Positions 36,273 through 48,773 of a stretch of DNA of 64,000 nt are shown here, one piece after another. The stretch is from Pristiophorus japonicus (taxonomy: Eukaryota). The DNA is taken from the NCBI RefSeq assembly GCF_044704955.1, contig NC_091980.1:215202001-215266000 (forward strand), written 5' to 3'. Within the stretch, counting starts at the first letter, position 1. Each line of letters opens with the position of its first letter. The notes under the pieces are model-generated. The model had not been told where the DNA came from. It made no database searches and was given only the letters and a program-made list of their open reading frames with translations. Made by a program: the position numbers and the translations under genes.

Positions 36273-36670
36273 ATTGTTTCTAAAAGCTTCCCTACACCAA
36301 CATTAAATTGATGGGCTTGTAATTGCCAGGTTGATCCTTCCTCCCTTTTTTGAATAATGGTGTAACATTTGCAATCCTCCAATCCTTTGGCACCACCCTT
36401 GTGGAAGATTGTGATCAGCACCTCCGTAATGTCTACCCTTACTTTCCTCAGCAACCTGCGATGCATCCCATCTGGACCGGGTGACTTATTCGCGTTATGT
36501 ATTGCCAACCTTTCTCGTACCTTCTCTTTATCTATTTTTATCTCATTCAGTATCCTGGCAAACTCCTTGTTTACCTTAGCTTTGGCAAAGTCCTCTTCCT
36601 TGGTAAAGACCAATGCAAAGTACTCATTTAGTACCTCAGTCATGCCTTCTGCCTCCATCAATATATCTTC
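36273..36670 (-). mobile_element. CR1 ORF2 internal fragment
   Basis: VLNEYFALVFTKE, NKSPGPDGMH. Confidence 0.8.
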
Positions 36671-38007
36671 ATTTTGTCTCACATTTTTTCACTTCTGCCA
36701 TTAAATCACCAGCCAGCAGGGAATGCAACCTCCCTTTAAGAGATGCGCTCCCGCTTTAAATAGGCCACTACACACCCACCAAAAGTTCCACCCAGAAAAT
36801 AGCAGGCTTCCCATTCGCAACATGATCGATTGGGAAACCCACCGGTCAAATTTAAATGACACCCGGAAGTTGAAATGACCCAGCCTGAAATTTAGGTCAG
36901 CAAATTTGTTTTACAAAACAATTGAAAAGCAAATTTGTATGTCATGCTCCAAAGATGATAACCCTGAAATCCCAAGCAGCATGTTGCACCAGATTACACC
37001 AATGAGTCTGGAGTTGCACCCACCCATGCTGTGCAAAACTGAAACTGCCAAAATTTGTGGGGTCAGCTCATTTAAATATCCATTGCCAGTTTCTCCAGCA
37101 CAAATTCATGTAAAATGGTAGTACGCTCTGAGAGTGCTTGGAAATTTCAATACCGCCTTTAAAAAGCCAAGCCTGACTGCAGATTGCCGGAGCAAGTTGT
37201 GGGAGCAGCAGCTGAGCAGGAAACTATTTAGCTCATTAAGTTAACTGGATGGCTCATATGTGATTCGCTCCTATGTTTCAAGAAAACCTTCCACTGGAGG
37301 ATCTGGCTCTGTCAGCTGAAAAAGAGACAAAAGCATTGCAAATTGCAACAATGATCTCACCATTTTAATGAGACTGACACCCAAATCCTCATCAAGGGGA
37401 TAGATCAGAGGAGGAAGACTACTGGGTCTCCATGGGAGGAAGCCTCAAAATTATCTCTTGTGTCATGTGGAAGAATGTGGCACTGGCACTAAGTGGCAAC
37501 TCTTTCACTCCTGGAACTGCAGACCAATGCCTTAAGAAGGGCAATGCCCTGATGAGGACAGGCAATGTAGTACACTGGCCACTCTCCTTTTTCTTTCTTA
37601 GGTATCCTGGGCATTGGCACACTGTTGCGCTCGAAAATTAAGAATTGCACAACTGCACTCTGGTTAAGGGGAATACTAACTCAAGTTATTACAGTTATTA
37701 CAGTATGTGTCATCTTCTCCTTAATAACACTTACTTCCGTGTAGAAGCTTAAAACCCTTTCCGCCACTTAAATGGGGTGATAGCACTAGATCTCTTGCAT
37801 CAGCTCATCGATGCTATCTGTCAATTGCCAGCTTTCACTTAATTCACTCAATCTTATTACAGGAAAAATTTGCATACAATGTCCATAAGAGGCCAGAGGA
37901 GTTATTAAGGAGGTCACCCCCTACAAGGAACAGGCCATAGAACTCTGCTCTAGTTGTGGGAGATGGTAAGGTTGGTAGCATAGTCCCAGCACTTACACAA
38001 AAATAGT

Positions 38008-38350
38008 GGGGCCGAAATTGCCCTCCAAAGACAGGGGGCACACTCATCGATCTTGAAGATTTTTCTCCGCCCCAATCCATGGGCCAGAGGTAGAGCAAAA
38101 TTCAGCTCTTCAATTTTTATTTTTGGTCGGGGCGGTGTTTGGGGTGGCTGCGGGCCGGAAGTGCCCTTGGAGCAGAGCAGATGTGCTGCGTCGCGCTAAC
38201 GCATCACAACGTCCATCCTCTTCAATTAAAGGGGAGGGCCACTTGAGAACTCTGCAGTTAGTTTAGTTTGGCCCACTGGGCCACAAAGGAGGGTTTCAGT
38301 CAGGCCAACGGCCCGGTAGCCAAGATGGGCCAAGATGCTGCCGCATGTTC
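38008..38350. mobile_element. Truncated MITE related to 1774-2607
   Basis: Starts GGGGCCGAAATTGCCCTCC; shares aaattcagctct and ttaaaggggag segments. Confidence 0.55.
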
Positions 38351-38679
38351 TTCTGCCACAATCCCCTCGGTCTCATCTTGTCCATCACTTGATTTTTCAC
38401 TTCCACACATCAGCTCAGATGTTTTCCCCCCAGAGGGAATTAGTATTAATGAGGAGATAGCATCACAAGGATGTCTTATCTGATCCTGAGAAACTCTCAC
38501 TTTGGAACTGGTGGTGGGGGGCGCGGCGGTGTGTTCTCACACTCCAACAGGTAGTCAGAAGCAGGGCTACCTATGCTGATTGCCATGGGTTCCACCCTAA
38601 TTTGCTGCCCGGTCAAGTGAGTTGTCCCAATTTTAACATTAAAAACAATATGAACTTTCAGGGCAAATTATTTTATGGT

Positions 38680-40063
38680 TAGAAACATAGAAACACAGAA
38701 AATAGGTGCAGGAGTAGGCCATTCGGCCCTTCGAGCCTGCACCACCATTCAATATGATCATGGTTGATCATTCACCTCAGTACCCCTTTCCCGCTTTCTC
38801 TCCATACCCCTTGATCCCTTTAGCCGTAAGGGCCATATCTAATTCCCTCTTGAATATATCCAATGAACTGGCATCAACGACTCTCTGCAGCAAGGAATTC
38901 CACAGGTTAACAACTCTCTGAGTCAAGAAGTTCCTCCTCATCTCAGTCCTAAATGGCCTACCCCTTATCCTAAGACTGTGTCCCCTGGTTCTGGACTTCC
39001 CCAACATCGGGAACATTCTTCCCGCATCTAACCTCTCCTGTCCCGTCAGAATCTTATACGTTTCTATGAGATCCCCTCTCATCCTTCTAAACTCCAGTGT
39101 ATAAAGGCCCAGTTGATCCAGTCTCTCCTCACATGTCAGTCCAGCAATCCCTGGAATCAGTCTGGTGAAGCTTCGCTGCACTCCCTCATTAGCAAGAATG
39201 TCCTTCCTCAGATTAGGAGACCAAAACTGAAAACAATATTCCAGGTGAGGCTTCACCAAGATCCTGTACAATTGCAGTAAGACCTCCCTGCTCCTATACT
39301 CAAATCCCCTAGCTATGAAGGCCAACATACCATTTGCCTTCTTCACCGCCTGCTGTACCTGCATGCCAACTTTCAATGACTGATGAACCATGACACCCAG
39401 GTCTCGTTGCACTTCCCCTTTTCCTAATCTGCCACCATTCAGATAATATTCTGCCTTCGTGGTTTTGCCACCAAAGTGGATAACCTCACATTTATCCACA
39501 TTATACTGCATCTGCCGTGCACTCACCTAACCTGTCCAAGTCACCCTGCAGCCTCTTAGCGTCCCCCTCATAGCTCACACCACCACCTAGTTTAGTGTCA
39601 TCCGCAAACTTGGAAATATTACACTCAATTCCTTCATCCAAATCATTAATGAATAATGTAAAGGGGTCCCAGCACCGAGCCCTGCGGCACTCCACTAGTC
39701 ACTGCCTCCCATTCCGAAAAGGACCCATTTATCCCGACTCTCTGCTTCCTGTCTGCCAACCAATTCTCTATCCACGTCAATACGTTACCCCCAATACCAT
39801 GTGCTTTGATTTTGCACATCAATCTCTTATGTGGGACCTTGTCAAAGGCCTTTTGAAAGTCCAAATACACCACATCCACTGGTTCTCCCTTGTCGACTCT
39901 ACTAGTTACATCCTCAAAAAATTCCAGAAGATTTGTCAAGCATGATTTCCCTCTCACAAATCCATGCTGACTTGGACTAATCCTGTCACTGCTTTCCAAA
40001 TGCGCTGCTATTTCATCCTTAATAATTGATTCCAACATTTTCCCCACTACTGATGTCAGACTA
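38680..40063 (-). mobile_element. CR1 LINE 3' half
   Basis: RT motifs on the minus strand; tail agaaacatagaaac. Confidence 0.93.
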
Positions 40064-40378
40064 TTATCATGGCTGTGAGTGCAAGAACAATTTTAATTGG
40101 TTAACATAATCCTTACCTATTTTCTATTGTGCATGCTTAAAGGAAGCAGAATGGAAACAGTCAACACACTCTGCTACATCAATATATGAAGCAAAGTCTG
40201 TCAGAAAACCATTCTTTCTCATGGATATTATGTTACAGGTTGAATGCCCATGATGCAAATTAAAATTTTTGTTCTGAAAGCTAGGAAACAGCCATATCTA
40301 TAAAGATCTGATTAAGTTTATGAACTGCTTCACAACACTATGAAGACATTGCAGCAAAAAAGTATCTATTATTCTCAC

Positions 40379-40461
40379 CTTAACAGGTAGAGGTACTGTG
40401 TTTCAGGCTGAAGATGGATGGCGCATGTTATATCCTTCAATGCATTTTTCAGATTATGGAT
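40379..40461 (-). CDS. TTC6: Internal coding exon of a TPR protein, likely tetratricopeptide repeat protein 6
   Basis: ttgtggcag|ATC...TTAAG|gtgaga; 83 nt, phase 0 to 2; IHNLKNALKDITCAIHLQPETQYLYLLR. It joins in frame to the 52754 exon and resembles the recalled TTC6 segment LHKLKKAVKEISRVIHLQPDGIQLYILR. Confidence 0.8.
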
Positions 40462-40580
40462 CTGCCACAACAAATTCAATCATAAAACATGTCACTGATC
40501 ATCATTCGTTCCTTTGAAATTTTGCTGCCAAAAAGTTATTTTTTTGCTTTTCTTCACAACTTACCCTTACAAAATATGTA

Positions 40581-41318
40581 GACCTAGAATTTCCACTTCT
40601 TTCCGTTAGTTTTGTTCCCAGATTCCAGCGCAATCGGCTGAACAAGCGCAAAAGATCGGGAATTTAAAACATTTTTGTTACGTCCAAAACCACTTACTTT
40701 CGGGATTTTCCATGATCTTTTACACTGGTTTAAGATTCGATTCGCTCAGATCAGGCCCCGCCACAAAACTGGCCATGTCCCCAGGTTGACATTGCAGGCC
40801 TCTGCCGATTGCGTTTGTTGGAGAAAGCTCTTCAAATTGCGCTCATTACTTTTAGGTGCACAGGTTCTCATAGGCATGTTTTAAAGGTTTTTCATATCAA
40901 AAAATATTTAATTTACTAAGAAACTGACTAGTAGACACCAATGAAATGAGTAAATGGATCAATAGTTTTTTAAGTTATTTTTCAGTGACATAAAATCAGA
41001 TTACTCACAGGTGGTAGACTAGACACTCTTATTAAAAAATTTTATTTTTTGTGATAAAGCCATTTCCAACTGTATTAATAAAATTGCACCAGGTTACTAC
41101 TCTTAAATAAATCAATTAATATTTTATAGTGTAAAGTAAAAGAAATAAACAATTATGTTTTATTATGCTGCTCAATTGCGCTAGTTCATGGAAGATTTTA
41201 CATTTGTAATTATGCAAATTAATTTTAGTGGAAACTCAAACTGTAACCTAACCAGTGGAATTTCGGGTGCATTTTGGGCACAATTTGCCGATTGCACCCA
41301 AAGCGGAAAATCTACCCC
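40581..41318. mobile_element. Degenerate Harbinger-type MITE
   Basis: Ends GACCTAGAATTTCCACT ... AGCGGAAAATCTACCCC; AT-rich interior. Confidence 0.45.
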
Positions 41319-41571
41319 ATAGTTTACATATATTTAAATCATATCAATAGGTGCAAAGCAAAAAATATATTTCAAAGAATATAGAATTATGTAAAGTGAG
41401 CCACAGATACCTGAATGAATGTTTGTCTTTGAACTGAATGGCTTGACTCCACCCTCATGCAAACTGCATGGAGACCAAACTAATTAATTGTCACAACACT
41501 GTATCGAATTAAACTGGGGCATGACATCTGTGAGTTAACCAGGTTCTAGGAACTTGGGAACAGGAATAGGT

Positions 41572-44429
41572 CATAAGTAACATAAGACATAAGAATTAGG
41601 AACAGGAGTAGGCCATCTAGTCCCTCGAGCCTGCTCCGCCATTCAACAAGATCATGGCTGATCTGGCCGTGGACTCAGCTCCACTTACCCACCCGCTCCC
41701 CATAACCCTTAATTCCCTTATTGGTTAAAAATCTATCTATCTGTGACTTGAATACATTCAATGAGCTAGCCTCAACTTCTTCCTTGGGCAGAGAATTCCA
41801 CAGATTCACAACCCTCTGGGAGAAGAAATTCCTTCTCAACTCGGTTTTAAATTGGCTCCCCCGTATTTTGAGGCTGTGCCCCCTAGTTCTAGTCTCCCTG
41901 ACCAGTGGAAACAACCTCTCTGCCTCTATCTTGTCTATCCCTTTCATTATTTTAAATGTTTCTATAAGATTACCACTCATCCTTCTGAACTCCAATGAGT
42001 AAAGACCCAGTCTACTCAATCTATCATCATAAGGTAACCCCCTCATCTCCGGAATCAGCCTAGTGAATCGTCTCTGTACCCCCTCCAAAGCTAGTATATC
42101 CTTCCTTAAGTAAGGTGACCAAAACTGCATGCAGTACTCCAGGTGCGGCCTCACCCAATACCCTATACAGTTGCAGCAGGACCGCCCTGCTTTTGTACTC
42201 CATCCCTCTCGCAATGAAGGCCAACATTCCATTCGCCTTCCTGATTACCTGCTGCACCTGCAAACTAACTTTTTGGGATTCATGCACAAGAACCCCCAGG
42301 TCCCTCTGCACCTCAACATGTTGTAATTTCTCCCCATTCAAATAATATTCCCTTTTACTGTTTTTTTTTCCCCAAGGTGGATGACCTCACAGTTTCCGAC
42401 ATTGTATTCCAGCTGCCAAACCTTAGCCCATTCGCTTAACCTATCTAAATCTCTTTGCAGCCTCTCTGTCTCCTCTACACAACCCGCTCTCCCACTAATC
42501 TTTGTGTCATCTGTAAATTTTGTTCCACTACACTCTGTCCCCTCTTCCAGGTCATCTATCTATATTGTAAACAGCACCGATCCCTGTGGCATACCACTAA
42601 CCACCGATTTCCAACCCGAAAAGGACCCATTTATCCCGACTCTCTGCTTTCTGTTAGCCAGCCAATTCTCGATCCATGCTGATACATTTCCTCAAACTCC
42701 GCGTACCTTTATCTTCTGCAGTAACCTTTTGTGTGGTACCTTATCGAATGCCTTTTGGAAATCTAAATACACCACATCCATCGGTACACTTCTATCCACC
42801 ATGCTCGTTATATCCTCAAAGAATTCCAGTAAATTAGTTAAACATGATTTCCCCTTCATGAATCCATGCTGCGTCTGCTTGATTGCACTATTCCTATCTA
42901 GATGTCCCGCTATTTCTTCCTTAATGATAGTTTCAAGCATTTTCCCCACTACAGATGTTAAACTAACCGGCCTATAGTTACCTGCCTTTTGTCTGCCCCC
43001 TTTTTTAAACAGAGGCGTTACATTAGCTGCTTTCCAATCCGCTGGTACCTCCCCAGAGTCCAGAGAATTTTGATAGATTATAACGAATGCATCTGCTATA
43101 ACTTCCACCATCTCTTTTAATACCCTGGGATGCATTTCATCAGGACCAGGGGACTTGTCTACCTTGAGTCCCATTAGCCTGTTCAGCACTACCCCGCTAG
43201 TGATAGTGATTGTCTCAAGGTCCTCCCTTCCCACATTCCTGTGACCAGCAATTTTTGGCATGGTTTTTGTGTCTTCCACTGTAAAGACCGAAGCAAAATT
43301 ATTGTTTAAGGTCTCAGCCATTTCCACATTTCCTATTATTAAATCCCCCTTCTCATCTTCAAAGGGACCAACATTTACTTAGTCACTCTTTTCCGTTTTA
43401 TATGTCTGTAAAAGCTTTTACTATCCGTTTTTATGTTTTGCGCAAGTTTACCTTCGTAATCTATCTTTCCTTTCTTTATTGCTTTCTTAGTCATTCTTTG
43501 TTGTCGTTTAAAATTTTCCCAATCTTCTATTTTCCCGCTAACCTTGGCCACCTTATACGCATTGGTTTTTAATTTGATACTCTCCCTTATTTCCTTGGTT
43601 ATCCACGGCTGGTTATCCCTTCTCTTACCGCCCTTTTTCACTGGAATATATTTTTGTTGAGCACTATGAAAGAGCTCCTTAAAAGTCCTCCACTGTTCCT
43701 CAATTGTGCCACCATTTAGTCTGTGTTTCCAGTCTACTTTAGCCAACTCTGCCCTCATCCCACTGTAATCCCCTTTGTTTAAGCATAGTACGCTCGTTTG
43801 AGACACTACTTCCTCACCCTCAATCTGTATTACAAATTAAACCATACTGTGATCACTCATTCCGAGAGGATCTTTGACTAGGAGATCGTTTATTATTCCT
43901 GTCTCATTACACAGGACCAGATCTAAGATAGCTTGCTCCACTGTAGGTTCTATAACATACTGTTCTAAGAAACAATCCCGTATGCATTCTATGAATTCCT
44001 CCTCCAGGCTACCCTGTGCGATTTGATTTGACCAATCGATATGTAGGTTAAAATCCCCCATGATTACTGCCGTTCCTTTTTCACATGCCTCCATTATTCC
44101 CTTGATTATTGCCCGCCCCACCGTGAAGTTATTATTTGGGGGCCTATAAACTACGCCCACCAGTGACTTTTTCCCCTTCCTATCTCTAATCTCCACCCAC
44201 AATGATTCAACATTTTGTTCATTAGAGCCAATATTGTCTCTCACAACTGCCCTGATATCATCCTTTATTAACAGAGCTAACCCACCTCCTTTCCCTTCTT
44301 GTCTATCTTTCCGAATCGTCAGATACCCCTGTATGTTTAATTCCCAGTCTTGGCCACCCTGCAACCACGTTTCTGTAATGGCCACCAAATCATACCCATT
44401 TGTAATGATTTGTGCCGTCAACTCATTTA
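41572..44429 (-). mobile_element. CR1 LINE, nearly complete but disrupted ORF2
   Basis: [32 protein letters not shown] and RPHLEYC motifs; CTTATGT-type tail. Confidence 0.95.
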
Positions 44430-44444
44430 GTTATTTCGAATGTT

Positions 44445-45413
44445 GATCATTTAGCCCCTCGAGTCTGTTCTGCCATTCAGTGAGATCATGGCTGATCTGT
44501 GACCTAACTACATATATCTGCTTTGGCTCATATCCCTTAATACCTTTGGTTAACGAAAATCTTTCAATCTCAGATTTAAATTAACAATTTACTTCGCATT
44601 AATTGCTGTTTGAAGAGAGCTCTAGCTTCTATCACCCTTTTCGTGTAGAAGTTTTTCCTCACTTCACTCCTGAAAGGCCTGGCTCTAACTTTTAGACTAT
44701 GCCCCCTAGTCCTAGACTCCCCAAACAGTGAAAATAGTTTCTCTCTATCTACCCTATCAGCTCCCCTTAATATCTTGAAGATGTTGATTAATTCAACCAT
44801 TAATCTTCTAAATTCCAGTAAATACAACCCTAGTTTGTGCAATTTCTCCTAATAATTTAACCCTTCGAGATACCCAGGTATCACTCTGGTAAATCTATGT
44901 TGCACTCCCTCCAAGGCCAATATATCCTTCCTCAGGTGTGGGGCCCAGAACTGCTCACAGTACTCCAGGTGTGGTTTAACCAGGGCTTTCTGTAAGTGTA
45001 GCATAACTTCTACCCCCTTGTATTCTAAACCTCTAGGCCAGCATTCCATGAGCCTATTTGATTATTTTCTGTGCATGTCCAAGACATTTTAACGGTATAT
45101 GTACATGGACCCCCAAGTACCTTTGGACCACCACTGTTTCTAGCTTTTCATCATTTAGAAAGTACTCTGTTCCATCCATTTTAGGTTCAAAGTGGATGAC
45201 CTTATATTTGCCTAGATTGAAATCCATTTGTCATGGTTTTGCCCATTCACTGAATCTATTAATATCTCTTTGTAATGTTATACTTCCACCTGCACTGCTT
45301 ACAATGTCATCTATCTTTGTGTCATCGGCAAACTTGGATAAGTGCCTTTCTATCCCACCATCTAATTCATTAATAAATACAGTGAATAGTTGAGGTCCCA
45401 ACACAGAAACCAT
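44445..45413 (-). mobile_element. Older CR1 fragment (continues 47777-47920 beyond the MITE)
   Basis: [30 protein letters not shown]. Confidence 0.85.
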
Positions 45414-47776
45414 GGGGCCAAAATTCAACTGCACCAGAAAGCTGCCGTAGCTATGATTTTTGATGTAGTACTTACCGATGGAACTCCAGATACAGTAAAT
45501 AGATCCATTTTCAGGACTTAGAAATTTTTTCAAAGTCCTACAGGAAATGGATCATAATAGGGTGGGCCTTAGACGGACTGAAAATGGGTCAGTTGGGGCC
45601 TCCACCGCTGTCAATCATCTCTCTTATCTGGAAGGAGGAGAGCATGCCAGGAGATCTCAGAGATGCCATAATTGTGACCATTTTCAAAAAGGGGACAGGT
45701 CCGACTGCGGTAACTACAGAGAAATCTCCCTGCTGTGGACCACTGGGAAAGTCATTGCAAGAATCCTCCTCAATCGTCTCGCCGTGGCTGAAGAGCTCCT
45801 CCCAGAGTCACAATGTGGATTCCATCCACTAAAGGGTACAATGGACATGATCTTCACTGCGCGTCAACTACAAGAGAAATGATGGGAACAGCATCAACCC
45901 TTGTATAGGGCCTTCTTTGACACTGTCAACCGCGAGGGACCACGGAGCATCCTCATCAGTTTTGGCTGCCCCCAAAAGTTTGTCACCATCCTCTGCCTGT
46001 TTCACGATGACATGCAAGCTGTGATCCTGACCAATGGATCCACCACAGATCCAATCCATGTCTGGACCGGGGTCAAGCAGGGCTGTGTCATCGCACCAAC
46101 TCCTTGCTGCAATGTTTCATCTCGCTCTCAACAAGCTCCCTGCTGGAATGGAAATAAACTATAAAACCAATGGGAACCGGTTCAACCTTCGCTGCCTCCA
46201 GGCTAAATTCAAGGTCAACCCATCCTCTTTCATCGAACTACAGTACGCGAACGATGCATGCGTCTGCGCACACACAGAGGCCAAACACCAAGCCATTGTC
46301 AACACCTTCACCGAGGCATACGAAAGCATAGGCCTTATGCTAAACATCCATAAGACAAAGATCCTCCACCAACCTGATCCTGCCACACAGCCCTGCAATG
46401 CCCCCCCGCCCCCCCATCCCCCCGGTCATCAAAATCCACGGACAAGGTGAACCATTTTCCATACCTTGGGAGCCTACTATCAGCAAGGACAGACATCGAT
46501 GACGAGGTCCAACACTGCCTCTCGTGTGCCAGTGCAGCCTTCAGCCACCCAAGGAAGAGAGTGTTTGAAGAACAGGACCTCAAATCTGGCACCAAGCTTA
46601 TGGTCTACAGGGCAGTAGTGATACCCACCCTCCTATATGACTCAGAGGCGTGGACCATATACAACAGACATCTCAAAGCGCTGGAGAACTAGCACGAATG
46701 CTGCCTCTGCAAGATCCTGCAAATCCACTGGGAGGATAGATGCACCAACGTCAGTGTTCTCACTCAGGCCAACATCCCCAGCATCGAAGCACTGACCACG
46801 CGTGACCAGCTCCGTTGGGCGGGCCACATCATCTGCATGCCTGACACGAGACTCCCTAAGCATTTGCTCTACTCGGAACTCTTACAGGGCAGACGAACCC
46901 CAGGTGGGTAGAGGAAACATTTCAAGGACACCCTCAAAGCCTCCTTGATAAAGTGCAACATCCCCAGCGGAACCTGGGAATCCCTGGCTCAAGACCGCCC
47001 AAAATGGAGGAAGAGCATCCGGGAGGGCGCTGAGCACCTTGAGTCTCATCGCCGAGAGCATGTAGAATTCAAGCGCAGACAGCAGAAGGAGCGTACGGCA
47101 AACCAGGCTCCCCATCCACACTTTCCTTCAAGCACTGTCTGCGCCACCTGTGACAGAGACTGTAATTCCCGCATTAGACTGTACAGCCACCTGAGAACTC
47201 ACTTTTAGAGTGGAAGCAAGTCTTCCTCGATTCCAAGGAACTGCCTATGATGATGATGATGATGGAGTCATGGTGACGTCACAGCGTGTGTGTGTCACCA
47301 CTCTCTCTCCGCTCTGTTAAAGGGGAGAGATTCTATAATTTTTTTACTTTGGCCACGGGGGGGTGCCAGGCTGCCTGTTGGCAGACCGGCCGAACCCAGG
47401 GGCAGTATTTTGCCAGCCGATTGGCAAGTTGGCCGGCAAAAATGTTTGCATTGCGGCCACGGCAGTGGGCCCTCCCCTTTAAGGGCGGCTGCGCTGCTGG
47501 GCCGCAGAAATGGTACACCGGCAGAAAAACTTGCCGGGGCCACTGTGCGGCGGAGGATCGAGGGATTCAGCTGAAAATGGCTGGTAGGTATTTTTTTATT
47601 CCACTAAATTGGCGTTGCAACTACTTGGGTGGAATGGGGTCCAGGCTGAAAAATCCCCGACCTGAATTTAGGTCAGGTCGGCCTGTTAACTCCAAAGCGG
47701 CAGCCATTAGATTTTTAGGAATGGCTGCCGCAAACAGGCATTAACGGGTCTCTTTGAGATCCTGAATTTCGGCTCC
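45414..47776. mobile_element. Harbinger-type MITE containing an RTE LINE
   Basis: TIRs GGGGCCAAAATTCA ... TGAATTTCGGCTCC; flanks CAT/CAC; CR1 sequence resumes on both sides. Confidence 0.7.
45608..47262 (+). mobile_element. RTE-clade LINE 3' part
   Basis: LLPESQCGF, DMIFTARQLQEK, GVKQGCVIAP, LQYAND, FPYLGS, LAQDRPKWR, a terminal C2H2-like motif and a (TGA)n tail. Confidence 0.92.
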
Positions 47777-48773
47777 CACTAGTCGCATCCTGCCAATTAG
47801 AGTACCTGCCCATTATCCCTACTCTCTGTCTCCTCCTGCTCAGCCAATTCATTAACCAGATCAATAATTTGCCTAACTTTTGCCTAATCCTAATTCTAAC
47901 CTTTTATGCACCGTTAGAGAATTAAAGGATTAATATCATGCATAGACAATTAAGCTTAATTTTTGTTACAGGAAGGTCATATGAAAATAATGGCTCTTGA
48001 GAGATGAGAGGTACTGGATGCTCCCATGGATAATGAAATCTAGTAATGAGAAATAGAGGGAGCAACACGAAGAAAAAATAGCAATCAGCTAGTGGCAGAA
48101 AATCAGGCACTGTAGGCTGGTAGCAAGGTGGGAAGGGCATCTTAACTTGGGAGCTGAATTTACCCATCGCTCGCACCCATAACTCTGCTGAAATAGCCAG
48201 GAAGTAGGTAGGAACCTAGATACACCAGGTCCTGGCTTATGCTGGAAGATCCTGCTAAACCTTGTAAAAGATGGATCCAGAGGGGGGACAACTTATGCTA
48301 GGGGATTCCGATTCCCCAACCTTAGTGGCACCCAACATAAGGTTGGAAGCCGGTACTTAGTGAGATGAGACATATTGGGACCCAGAAGAATGCAAGTGGG
48401 GGTCTGGGGTGTTCAGGCCATGGAAGTGCCCTTGATCCTGGAAAGTAACCAGGCACTAGAGTTTCCTGGTGAGTGCATAAGCTGCACCCATACTGGCGCA
48501 GGTGCCCACCAGGCCCATGCAAATTAAGTGACTTCCCACTGATGCTACATGGTCCAGCAGTGTCAGCATAATGGGCAAGATCCCTTTGTAACTACCAAGA
48601 TTGTGGCCCAAGAATGTTAAGGGCCCTGGTTCTTTTCAGACAGCCTTCAAATATTTGAAATGACTATTTGTATCAGAATATTAAAAAAAAAACTTTGTTT
48701 TTTAACAGTTGCAGGATTTTGTTTCTTTCGAAATTGTTGAGATAAGCTTAGTTTTCTTTACAATAAAGATGGT